Program-made: the position numbers and the translations under genes
Notes under the pieces: model-generated
What the model was told of the DNA's origin: nothing
The model's input: only the letters and a program-made list of their open reading frames with translations
Database searches by the model: none
Part shown: piece after piece, positions 54,501-61,973 of the stretch
How positions within the stretch are numbered: position 1 is the stretch's first letter
Layout: every line of letters starts with the position of its first letter
Source of the DNA: an uncultured Planctomycetaceae bacterium
GTDB taxonomy: Bacteria > Planctomycetota > Phycisphaerae > Sedimentisphaerales > UBA12454
Assembly (NCBI GenBank): GCA_964449435.1
Contig: CAYUYR010000001.1
Coordinates: forward strand, 134,796-198,795
Direction of reading: 5' to 3'
Length of the DNA stretch: 64,000 nt

Positions 54501-55101
54501 AGACGTTTGGCTTAATATTCCGGATATGACTTTGCCGGTATATGTAGGTTTAGCGGTAACCGCTCATAACGCTTCGGCAGTAGTCACAGCAGAGTTCTCC
54601 AATGTCTCCATAAGCGGAGGGACGCCGTCAGCATGGGACAATCAAGACGTCGGCATATATAGCAACATCGGTGCTTTGCCGCTGTACATAACTTTGGAGG
54701 ATGACAGCGCAGTCAGCCATACGATTACCCACACTGATCCCAATATAGTTTTGCAACCCAGTTGGCAGGCGTGGAATATCGCCTTGAGCGATTTCACAGA
54801 CGTGGACCTGGCAAATATCAAGAAGATAACTCTTGGTGTCGGGCCCGCAGACCCCTGTGGTATAGGAACGGTGTACGTTGACGATATCCTGCTGTATCCG
54901 CCTAGATGTATGTATGGCTGGACGCCTGACTTTACCGGCGACTGCTTCGTTGACTACGACGACCTTAAGATACTGGCAGATAACTGGCTGGCATTGGTTA
55001 GTCCTGCCGTTGACCTGAATGACGATGGCGACGTTGACTTCGAAGATTTTGCTGTCTTGGCGAGTCAGTGGTTTGAGGCGGCACTATGGCCGATTGAATA
55101 A
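51517..55101 (+). CDS. Giant secreted protein: 2 x LamG + 3 x YYWRIDE-type modules + lectin-like region + dockerin-like tail
   Basis: LamG hallmarks 'LVAHYKLDGDANDT', 'GNWHHIAGTY', 'DDLRVYKRVLS', repeated 400 aa later. Modules 'HDVYLGTD...YYWRIDEVNDANSDIW'. Tail 'DLNDDGDVDFEDFAVLASQWF'. Confidence 0.8.
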   Translation: MRKKLIYLISFVVLLTLAGNVSADLDTDPNLVAHYKLDGDANDTGLVSPVADGVLNGDPAWTNGRAEVGGSIDFDGSSEWVEIPDANKLDITDDLTVAFWMRVDHFGSRWQTVVIKGVSWDDNVWKFEHAYDNEGGIFFRVGGEGETGVGISGLTDVNDGNWHHIAGTYEKATGAANIYIDGILEAGASAAAGTAIPTNDHPLYINLVKDGWHLDGGIDDLRVYKRVLSSTEIEALGYNIPYLQAHDPDPSVGQMGVPASVVLGWTAGDYADTHDVYLGTDKTAVAEANTSTPDIFQGNQAGTTYDPPGDLPQETIYYWRIDEVNDANSDIWPGWVWSFAVASPYPTNPSPADGYQYAPLDANLTWTAGATAVEHRVYFGTASNPPPKAWVTMPTTTWDPGPLTAGVTYYWKILAREADGTTTYTGPIWSFRATNQLRGWWEFDDGDGNTPIDSSGNGNHAVFGVSPNSLPTWTTDGRLGSALEFDGDEDWVEVDRDPNLDITKSMTLAVWIKIYNFGGDNQSIIGKFDNWKFERAGTGGTILWVVEGGAPWTTYGNISIDDGEWHHLAGTYDGATGYQTLYVDGVLDVQTSGTTPHTIPTSTNPLYIGSNGLACVVDDLRLYDYCLSGSEISDLANIPWPPEARTPKPANKSTVAMKPDKMLTLSWVAGPAAASHDVYFGTAFSDVNDAGTLDTEFKGNQAGTTYGVGPLETVNTYYWRIDEVNDANSDIWKGHVWRFTTAEYFSVDNFEDYSGTEPDRIFDPNGWVAGGGGLVDFSDSNIVMVHGGLQAMALEYDNLASPYDSNATHTFGSSQDWTVDGIKSLELWVRGWPAYVGGWAEASGTHTITASGTDIEDVPNVKSGTGYHDEFHYAYKEITGSGLVTIIAKVESISPTDPCVPIHEWAKAGVMVRKSLDPNSKNALMCITPEMGGAFQYREVDAGGTTSYNYYASGEDYVALKDINAPYWVKLELDSDYGDIYAYHSSDGSTWTEVQDVWLNIPDMTLPVYVGLAVTAHNASAVVTAEFSNVSISGGTPSAWDNQDVGIYSNIGALPLYITLEDDSAVSHTITHTDPNIVLQPSWQAWNIALSDFTDVDLANIKKITLGVGPADPCGIGTVYVDDILLYPPRCMYGWTPDFTGDCFVDYDDLKILADNWLALVSPAVDLNDDGDVDFEDFAVLASQWFEAALWPIE

Positions 55102-55135
55102 ATAGCCGCTAATTAGGCGATGATTTAGTATTAGT

Positions 55136-55180
55136 CCGGGGCCTATACTGGTATTCAGTATGGGCCCCGGTTGTTTTTTC
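55136..55180 (+). terminator. Rho-independent terminator
   Basis: CCGGGGCCTATACTG ... CAGTATGGGCCCCGG stem, then TTGTTTTTT. Confidence 0.75.
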
Positions 55181-55370
55181 ACCTTTAAGGGCTTGCATTC
55201 AGAAATAACAGGCCGGCAGTTAGACCGAAATTACCCCAAAAATGGAAAAGGATGAAGTTTAACGTTCAGGTTAAGTGTAAAAAGTTCGCTATAGAAATAA
55301 CCCAAAATAAGGCAAGGATAACAAGCTGTTGATAACATTTTGTGCTGTTTGCGAAATCTGCGGCTGATTT

Positions 55371-55700
55371 CTACGTTCTTCTGAACACTGCCACGATATT
55401 TTCAACCTCGACCACGAATAGCCTATTATCTCCTTCGAAATCAACCGGTATTGCCCCTTTTGGGTTGAACAGGACTTTGTCGTATTGCTTGAGCGGGATT
55501 TCGGGCATATTTTGCACCTCTGCCGAGACGGCCACGACTCTGCCGGTTATGGTTGGTATTTCGATATTATCCGGCAGTTTAATTCCGCCTTTTGTTTCTT
55601 TTTTATCTTCGTCTTTACGGATGAGTACTCTTTTGCCGATGGGTTCGACCGTTTCGATTGGCGTTGTTTCGCTGTTTTTAATATCTTTATCCGGTTTCAT
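55371..55700 (-). CDS. groES: Co-chaperonin GroES (no adjacent groEL)
   Basis: 'IEPIGKRVLIRK...ETKGGIKLPD...GRVVAVS...GDKVLF'-like pattern. 109 aa with a ~15-aa N-terminal extension. Confidence 0.88.
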   Translation of the reverse strand: MKPDKDIKNSETTPIETVEPIGKRVLIRKDEDKKETKGGIKLPDNIEIPTITGRVVAVSAEVQNMPEIPLKQYDKVLFNPKGAIPVDFEGDNRLFVVEVENIVAVFRRT

Positions 55701-55705
55701 ATTAA

Positions 55706-55783
55706 CTTTCTTTATTTCTTTATATCCTTACTTGCCTACTTCTTTGCATCCTTACTTCTTTATTCTGTGTCCTGTGTTTTACC
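55706..55783. repeat. CCTTAC/CTTTATTTC block followed by a TGTG block
   Basis: ctttctttatttctttatatCCTTACttgcctacttctttgcatCCTTACttctttattCTGTGTcCTGTGTtttacc. On the groES sense strand it forms a purine-rich leader. Confidence 0.6.
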
Positions 55784-56057
55784 TTCTCACTTGACATCTT
55801 CTATCTATAATTCCTCTTTTATTAACAGCTTTTTTGTGATAAATCAATTCTTTTTTGGCCGGTTTTGCCGACAAAATCGGCAGTTTTCCCTTTTTAACGC
55901 AGGGTTATAAGTGGATTATTTACAAGGGGTTGCAAACGTTAAATTGGGCTGTAAAGCCCTATATTGCCTCTTTTAACGGCATTTGAGCTTGAAATTTGGA
56001 AATTATTATTTTTCGGGTTGTTTTGATGGTAGATTTTTTAATGGAAGATTGAGCGTT

Positions 56058-56085
56058 TTGCCGATTATCTATGTATAGGTATAAA
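56058..56085 (+). promoter_or_regulatory. Possible promoter of a short non-coding unit
   Basis: TTGCCG - 16 nt - TATAAA. Confidence 0.3.
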
Positions 56086-56158
56086 GCAGGGCAAGCTGTG
56101 GAAACACGAGCGGCTGATTATTAAAATATTAAATGTAATCTTCTTCTTCCTCCTCCTG

Positions 56159-56204
56159 CGAGCAGTTAGCGTTTCTTCACCGGGCGCGACTGCTCGTTTT
56201 TTTT
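56159..56204 (+). terminator. Orphan rho-independent terminator (no upstream plus-strand CDS)
   Basis: CGAGCAGT ... ACTGCTCG stem followed by T8. Preceded by the CU-rich run TCTTCTTCTTCCTCCTCCT. Confidence 0.65.
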
Positions 56205-56287
56205 GCCTCGTGATTGGGATGCTAAACGGTCGCTCTAATTCATAGCGGTACAATAAATAGAGCTATCTCTAATAGTTACAGATTATT

Positions 56288-57844
56288 ATGACTTATCTTG
56301 CGGTGCCAATATCAGGGGAAAATATTCAAAGCTGCCAAGAGCAGCTCAAAACGGCTGTCCAGGCGGGAGCTGAAATGCTCGAACTGCGGACCGATTATAT
56401 AGAGTCCCTCGATACAGATAAATTAAAAGAGCTGATTACAGCGGCAAAGCAAACCTCCCTGCCGCTCATCGTTACTTGCAGAGATGCCGAACAAGGCGGA
56501 CAAAATAATCTGCCCGCGCCGCTGCGAAGTCAAATCCTGGCCGAGGCGGTAAAACTTGGCGCAGATTTAATCGACTGCGAATATGCGAATTTCATAAAAA
56601 GCGACTTCGGCGAAGTCAAAAAAGCCCTTGCCGAGAATACAAAAACAAGACTCATCCTGTCGGCGCATAATTTCAAAGAGCCTTTTGGAAATTTAGACGA
56701 GATTTACGAACAGATGTTCGCGGCATTTCCGGCGGCAATCGCAAAAACAGCCTATCAGGCCGAGCATATAAACGACTGCTTTGCGGCTTTCGATATCCTT
56801 AAAAAATACGGTAATAAGGCAATCGCTATATGTATGGGACAGGCGGGCGTTATAAGCAGGATTATGGCAAAGAAATTGGACGCTTTTCTGACGTTTGCGA
56901 GGAACGAAGATACGGCCGCAACAGCCTCAGGACAAATAACCATAGAAAAAATGAAAAAACAGTACCGGTTCGATTCGATAAATAACGAAACCGAATTTTT
57001 CGGTCTTATCGGCGCTCCAGTGGGACATTCCATAGGTCCGGTCGTACATAACGCCTGTTTCGCAGCAAAAAAAATAAACTGCGTATATCTGCCGATGCTC
57101 GTGGGCGGAGGACAGACACAATTCGACGAATTTCTCGACAATATAACCGCAAGAGACTGGCTGAATATACGGGGATTCAGCGTAACGATTCCGCATAAGG
57201 TCAATGCGCTCGAATATGCCGAGGAAAAGGGAGAATATATCGAGCCTTTAGCGGCGAAAATCGGCGCGGTCAATACATTAATCGTAGGATTGAACAACAG
57301 AATCAACGGCTATAACACCGATTACACCGGAGCGATGGATGCGCTGACAGATGCGATGGATATAAGAAGAAAACAACTGCACGGCAAAACCGCGGCGGTA
57401 ATCGGCGCAGGCGGCGCGGCAAGGGCAATCGTCGCAGGATTGGCCGACGTGGGAGCGAAAATAACGATATACAACCGCACAATATCGAAAGCACAGAACC
57501 TCGCGGCCGAATTCGACTGCCGCTGGGCAAGTCTTGAAAATTTGAAAAATATCGACGCCGAAATCATAATCAACTGCACAAGTATCGGAATGCATCCGAA
57601 AACAGATGCAAGTCCGGTGCCTAAAGAATGCCTGAAACCGACAATGGTCGTTTTCGATACGGTTTATAACCCCTTGGAAACACTGCTTTTACAGCAGGCA
57701 AAACAAGCCGGCGCAAAAACTGTGGGCGGATTTGAGATGTTTATCGGCCAGGCGGCGGAACAATTTAAACTTTTCACACACAAGGACTGTCCGCTGGATA
57801 CGCTGCGAGAAGCAACACTCGAGATATTGAGAGAAAAATCTTAA
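56288..57844 (+). CDS. aroDE: Bifunctional 3-dehydroquinate dehydratase (type I) / shikimate 5-dehydrogenase
   Basis: The N-terminal ~225 aa is AroD-like ('MLELRTDY', 'LILSAHNF'). The C-terminal half is AroE-like ('GLIGAPVGHSIGP', 'GAGGAARAIVAGL', 'NCTSIGM'). Confidence 0.88.
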   Translation: MTYLAVPISGENIQSCQEQLKTAVQAGAEMLELRTDYIESLDTDKLKELITAAKQTSLPLIVTCRDAEQGGQNNLPAPLRSQILAEAVKLGADLIDCEYANFIKSDFGEVKKALAENTKTRLILSAHNFKEPFGNLDEIYEQMFAAFPAAIAKTAYQAEHINDCFAAFDILKKYGNKAIAICMGQAGVISRIMAKKLDAFLTFARNEDTAATASGQITIEKMKKQYRFDSINNETEFFGLIGAPVGHSIGPVVHNACFAAKKINCVYLPMLVGGGQTQFDEFLDNITARDWLNIRGFSVTIPHKVNALEYAEEKGEYIEPLAAKIGAVNTLIVGLNNRINGYNTDYTGAMDALTDAMDIRRKQLHGKTAAVIGAGGAARAIVAGLADVGAKITIYNRTISKAQNLAAEFDCRWASLENLKNIDAEIIINCTSIGMHPKTDASPVPKECLKPTMVVFDTVYNPLETLLLQQAKQAGAKTVGGFEMFIGQAAEQFKLFTHKDCPLDTLREATLEILREKS

Positions 57845-57868
57845 CCGCCAATATTAAATTCTTATGCT

Positions 57869-57973
57869 GGTTACGTCGAACGGCTGCGGTGGTGATGCTC
57901 GTTTCGTGTTCCGTTTTCCGGTTGCGTTTAAAAAACGCTTTACGATTGACGCTGCTGAAACGCGTTTCGCAAC
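57869..57973. repeat. REP-like palindromic element, copy B
   Basis: GGTTACGTCGAACGGCTGCGGTGGTGATGCTCGTTTCG ... GAAACGCGTTTCGCAACC. Lies between convergent genes. Confidence 0.5.
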
Positions 57974-57999
57974 CGATATACGAAAGAGGCAACCTGTTA

Positions 58000-60036
58000 T
58001 TACTCAGCTTCTTCCTGTTTCTGTTTTTCGTACTGGGCGACGACCTGCTGCTGAACGTTAGAAGGCACAACTTCATAGTGACTCAATGTCATAGAGTAGC
58101 TGCCCTGACCGCCGGTAACGCTCTTTAACTGACTGTCATAACTTGCCACTTCAGCCAGAGGAACCAGCGCTTTGATGACCATCATATTTCCGGCAAGCAT
58201 ATCCTGGCCCTGTACCCTGCCTCTTCTGCTGGACAGGTCGCCGGCGATACTGCCGACGTGGTCGGCGGGAACGGTGATTTCGATATTGACGATTGGTTCG
58301 AGCAGGCAGGGTTTTGCCTTCTGAACGGCATCGATAAAGGCGCCTTTACCGGCGGCACGGAAAGCGACTTCTTTCGAATCGACGGGGTGGTGCTTGCCGT
58401 CATAAATTGAAACTTTAATATCCTGCATCGGGTAGCCTGCGACAACGCCTGTCTCTACCACGCCCTGAATACCTTTTATAATTGGGGATTCAAACTGGCC
58501 GGGAATAGAGCCGCCAAAGACGTCCCATGTGCATTGCAGAGATTCTTCCGAACCTCGCGGAGCAGGTTCAACACGCAGATAAACTTCGCCGAACTGGCCT
58601 GCGCCGCCGGTCTGTTTTTTATGACGGTAATGGCCGTCAGCCTTTGCGGTGATAGTCTCGCGATACGGAATTTTGGGTTTTTTGGTGGTAACGGAAAGTT
58701 TGAACCGTTTTTCCATTTTCGAGAGCATAACGCGAAGATGCAAATCGCCGAGTCCGCTGATAACAAGCTCGTGGGTCTGATGGTCGCGGCTGACCTTGAA
58801 GCAAACGTCTTCTTCGGTGAGTTTTTCCATCGCGGCGCCTAATTTCTGTTCATCGCCTTTAGACGTCGGCTCGAGAGCAAGACTGAACATTGGGGCCGGA
58901 ACCTTGGGCATCTCGAATTTGCCTGAAACTTTGCCGTCGTGAATGAGGTCGCCAATCTGGAGTTCCTCGAGTTTGGCAAGAGTAATAATATCGCCCGCGA
59001 CGCCGGCTGGGATTTCACTGATTTCAGTGCCCTGATTTTTAAGGACGTGGCCTGGCCGAATAGCTTTTTTATCGGTGCCTCTCATCATAGAGGTATCGCT
59101 CTTGAGCGTTCCGCTGAAGATTCTTATCGAGGCGTATTTCATATTGGAACGCGGGTCAAGACCAATCCTGAAGACAAGGCCTGCGAGCGGGCCTGCGGCG
59201 TCTGCCTTGATTTCGGTAATTTTGTCGCCGTCGATGAGTTTTGCCGGTTTTACCTGTGCCGGCGAAGGAGCATAATTAGTAATCAAATCCAGAAGCTCGG
59301 TAATGCCGACTTCCTTGCGGGCGTTGGCAAAAAGAATCGGGACGATTTTCCCTTCCGCAATCGCCTTTGCGAAAACAGCGGCGATTTTATCCTGCGAGAG
59401 CTGTTCGCCGCCAAGATAGGCCTCCATAAGCTTATCGTCGGCCTCGATTGCACTTTCGACGAGCTCGGTATGCCCCTGCGCGACATCCATAACAGGCGAA
59501 CTGCCGGTGCTGTTGGCAAGACAGTCGATAACCGATGACTTGTCGGCTGAAGGTAAATTTGCGCATCTGCACTGTGTGCCGAAAGTTTGCTGAATGATTC
59601 CGATAAGCTCGGAAATATCCGCTGTTTCCGAGTCGATTTTATTGATGATTATGAGCCTGGACTTTTGAGCCTCCTCGGCGGCCTGGTAAAGTTTTCGGGT
59701 ATTGATTTCGACACCGGCAGAAGCGTTTATCACCACCGCACATAAATCAGCGGCAGGAATCGAAGTCAAAGCTGCGCCGATAAAATCGGGATAGCCGGGA
59801 GTGTCGAGCAGATTTATGGTCTTGCCGTTATGAACGGTGTGCATAATCGCCGAGTGAATGGAATGACTGCGTTCCTTTTCCTCATCGTCAAAATCGCAAA
59901 CGGTATTTTTCTCCTCGATAGTTCCCAACCTGTTGGTTTTGCCGGTCTTATGGAGAATCGCCTCGGCGATGCTTGTCTTGCCTGCTCCGCCGTGCCCGAG
60001 AAGTACTACGTTCCGAATATCGTTGATATCAGCCAC
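58000..60036 (-). CDS. Elongation factor G paralog (EF-G-like GTPase)
   Basis: G1 'GHGGAGKTS', G3 'DTPGYPDF', G4 'NKID', and EF-G domains III-V. Start set at the GTG preceded by AGGAG; the ORF track begins 9 codons earlier at TTG. Confidence 0.85.
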   Translation of the reverse strand: MADINDIRNVVLLGHGGAGKTSIAEAILHKTGKTNRLGTIEEKNTVCDFDDEEKERSHSIHSAIMHTVHNGKTINLLDTPGYPDFIGAALTSIPAADLCAVVINASAGVEINTRKLYQAAEEAQKSRLIIINKIDSETADISELIGIIQQTFGTQCRCANLPSADKSSVIDCLANSTGSSPVMDVAQGHTELVESAIEADDKLMEAYLGGEQLSQDKIAAVFAKAIAEGKIVPILFANARKEVGITELLDLITNYAPSPAQVKPAKLIDGDKITEIKADAAGPLAGLVFRIGLDPRSNMKYASIRIFSGTLKSDTSMMRGTDKKAIRPGHVLKNQGTEISEIPAGVAGDIITLAKLEELQIGDLIHDGKVSGKFEMPKVPAPMFSLALEPTSKGDEQKLGAAMEKLTEEDVCFKVSRDHQTHELVISGLGDLHLRVMLSKMEKRFKLSVTTKKPKIPYRETITAKADGHYRHKKQTGGAGQFGEVYLRVEPAPRGSEESLQCTWDVFGGSIPGQFESPIIKGIQGVVETGVVAGYPMQDIKVSIYDGKHHPVDSKEVAFRAAGKGAFIDAVQKAKPCLLEPIVNIEITVPADHVGSIAGDLSSRRGRVQGQDMLAGNMMVIKALVPLAEVASYDSQLKSVTGGQGSYSMTLSHYEVVPSNVQQQVVAQYEKQKQEEAE

Positions 60037-60174
60037 AATAAACTCCTGAGAATAGAACTGCAAAATGCCTTTAACTGCCTAAAAAGGCAGATGATACAAT
60101 AAAAAAGGTACAAGGGCAAGGGGAATTTAGAAAACAAAAAACCCAAAGTAAATAAATCGTTATGCTTAATCTTC

Positions 60175-60203
60175 TTGCAAAACCGGCGATAAGCCTGTAA
60201 ATT
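60175..60203 (+). promoter_or_regulatory. Sigma-70-like promoter for the tRNA pair
   Basis: TTGCAA - 17 nt - TAAATT, 25 nt upstream of the first tRNA. Confidence 0.45.
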
Positions 60204-60228
60204 GTAGCGGTTTAAATCGTTTTATGAC

Positions 60229-60302
60229 GGGCTCGTAGCTCAGCCTGGTAGAGCAGCGGACTCATAATCCGTCGGTCCAAGGTTCAAATCCTTGCGGGCC
60301 CA
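60229..60302 (+). tRNA. tRNA with CAT anticodon (elongator Met, or Ile2 if lysidine-modified)
   Basis: Manual cloverleaf: acceptor GGGCTCG/CGGGCCC, D arm GCTC/GAGC, anticodon stem GCGGA/TCCGT with loop CTCATAA, T arm CAAGG-TTCAAAT-CCTTG. 74 nt, no encoded CCA. G1-C72 rules out an initiator. Confidence 0.85.
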
Positions 60303-60315
60303 GTGTACCATAGTT

Positions 60316-60386
60316 TGGGGAATAGTGTAACGGCAGCACGAGTGGCTCTGAACCACTTAGTCAAGGTTCGAATCCTTGTTCCCCAG
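60316..60386 (+). tRNA. tRNA-Gln (CTG)
   Basis: Acceptor TGGGGAA/TTCCCCA (U1-A72, G73). Anticodon stem AGTGG/CCACT with loop CTCTGAA. T arm CAAGG-TTCGAAT-CCTTG. 71 nt. Confidence 0.88.
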
Positions 60387-60447
60387 TTTTCTCCCCTCCA
60401 TTCTATCTTGCGTTTTAGTTGAGTATGATGTGAGTCCTAAAAAGGCG

Positions 60448-60645
60448 GGTATGTTAGAAGCCGATGATGGAAAAGGATTCGACTCAACCCGTCTGGCCGG
60501 CCCGCGGCTGAGCGAAAATATCTACAAAATGGGAGGCAGAGGCGTACTGCTGATTAAGTCATATATGGACGAAGTAGAATACAGCAAAACAGGCAATACA
60601 GTACGTATGCTCAAATTCAACAGCAAGGCCGCCAGAGGCGGATAA
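60448..60645 (+). pseudogene. C-terminal remnant of an RsbW/SpoIIAB-type anti-sigma Ser kinase (HATPase_c)
   Basis: 'DDGKGFD...GGRGVLLIKSYMDEVEYSKTGNTVRMLK' covers only the G1/G2-box half. The N-terminal ~80 aa (N-box) is missing, and the ORF's upstream part runs into tRNA-Gln. Confidence 0.6.
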
Positions 60646-60654
60646 ATATCGGTA

Positions 60655-60760
60655 ATGTTGCGTATAACGGTTAGCCCGCCTACGGCGGGTAAAGGTTGCG
60701 CGGCTCGATTCGGTTGCGTTAACCGATAAACGTAAAACCAAACGAGCTGCGCCACCGATA
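60655..60760. repeat. REP-like palindromic element, copy C (inverted relative to copy A)
   Basis: GGTTGCGCGGCTCGATTCGGTTGCGTTAACCGATAAACGTAAAACCAAACGAGCTGCGCCACCG, plus a CCCGCC-tac-GGCGGG hairpin. Confidence 0.6.
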
Positions 60761-60979
60761 GACGAGGGACGATGTTCAGCCCCTCCGTATTACCTGAAAA
60801 AAGACGCTTTTTTACCGAAAAATCGTCAAAAATTTTGCCCTGTTTTGACGTAACCCCTTGTCAATCCTCAACGAAATTTTTTTCACTTTTTAAAAAAGCG
60901 CCTTTTTTTTCCGACACTTTTTTAAAAAAATTTACCCGCCTATGGCGTGGTACCGGACAAAAATCAGCCGAAAAATCGT

Positions 60980-61008
60980 TTGTTTCCGCTAAAAAACAGG
61001 GGTATAAT
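60980..61008 (+). promoter_or_regulatory. Sigma-70-like promoter upstream of dinD
   Basis: TTGTTT - 17 nt - TATAAT. Confidence 0.4.
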
Positions 61009-61055
61009 TTGTCAGAAAATGTAAATAAGCAGTTTTGTTAAACAGAGGGAATATT

Positions 61056-61949
61056 ATGAATGACAACCTGCCGGTAAAAGGCCAAAAGTCCTTTGAGGAA
61101 TTAAAGAAAACCAATAAGCATAATGCCGAATACTGGAACGCAAGAGATTTACAGCCTTTGCTGGGCTATAATCATTGGCGAAGCTTTGAAAATGCTGTTT
61201 CCAAAGCGATAGTATCCTGCGAAAAGTCGGGAAATGAGCCGAATTATCATTTTGCGCGCGCGCGCAAAATGATAATTTTAGGCAAAAAGGGCGAAAGGGA
61301 AGTGGTTGATTATCAGCTTTCGCGTTTTGCCTGCTATTTAATCGCACAAAACGGCGACCCCCGCAAAGGGGAAATTGCCAACGCCCAGAAATATTTCGCC
61401 ATTCAGACACGAAGGCAGGAGATTTCGGATATTTTAGCGGCCGATATGGAACGGCTCGAACTGAGAAAACAGACATCGGAAGAATTTCGGGCATTATCCG
61501 GAGCCGCACGCAATGCCGGAGTGCAAAGTAAGATGTTCGGCATTTTTCACGATGCCGGCTACAAAGGTCTTTACGGCGACAGGGGCGTTGAAGATGTCAA
61601 GAAACTCAAAAAAATCGATAAACGTGAGAATCTGATGGACAGAATGAATACTACGGAACTGGCGGCCAATCAGTTTAGAATGACGCAGGCACGCGAAAAG
61701 CTGCAAAAAGAAAGAATTAAAAATCAGGAGCAGGCAATCCGGACGCATAAAAAAGTAGGTCGGGAAGTGCGTGATGCGATTAAGCGAATCGGCGGTACTT
61801 TGCCGGAAAATATTCCGCCTGCCGAACATATAAAACAGGTAAAAAAACGGATTCAAGGCGTCAAACCCCGTTTGCAATTAGATGAACAAAACGCCAAAGG
61901 TTTAATCGGCGGCAATGGCACAAAAAAAGAGGAGGATAACAACGAATAA
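61056..61949 (+). CDS. dinD: DNA damage-inducible protein D homolog
   Basis: Blocks shared with E. coli DinD as I recall it: 'FEELKKTN...EYWNARDLQPLLGY', 'LSRFACYLIAQNGDP', 'YFAIQTRRQE', 'TTELAANQFR', 'VGREVR'. Confidence 0.8.
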   Translation: MNDNLPVKGQKSFEELKKTNKHNAEYWNARDLQPLLGYNHWRSFENAVSKAIVSCEKSGNEPNYHFARARKMIILGKKGEREVVDYQLSRFACYLIAQNGDPRKGEIANAQKYFAIQTRRQEISDILAADMERLELRKQTSEEFRALSGAARNAGVQSKMFGIFHDAGYKGLYGDRGVEDVKKLKKIDKRENLMDRMNTTELAANQFRMTQAREKLQKERIKNQEQAIRTHKKVGREVRDAIKRIGGTLPENIPPAEHIKQVKKRIQGVKPRLQLDEQNAKGLIGGNGTKKEEDNNE

Positions 61950-61973
61950 AAATTTAAAATAACTAAAAAAAGT

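Noticed and set aside
55342-55910. Two plus-strand ORFs (150 and 141 aa) across the groES region.
   Set aside because: They are antisense to a well-supported groES and have low-complexity Ser/Leu/Phe-rich translations that read through the CCTTAC repeat block.
55701-55920. CIRCE/HrcA operator or sigma-32 promoter upstream of groES.
   Set aside because: No TTAGCACTC-N9-GAGTGCTAA-like inverted repeat or CTTGAAA/CCCCAT pair is visible by eye.
61003-61055. Possible LexA/SOS box between the dinD promoter and start codon (TTGTCAGAAAATGTAAA, CAGTTTTGTTAAACAG).
   Set aside because: Neither matches CTGT-N8-ACAG or GAAC-N4-GTTC, and the LexA motif of this lineage is unknown to me. This remains speculation only.
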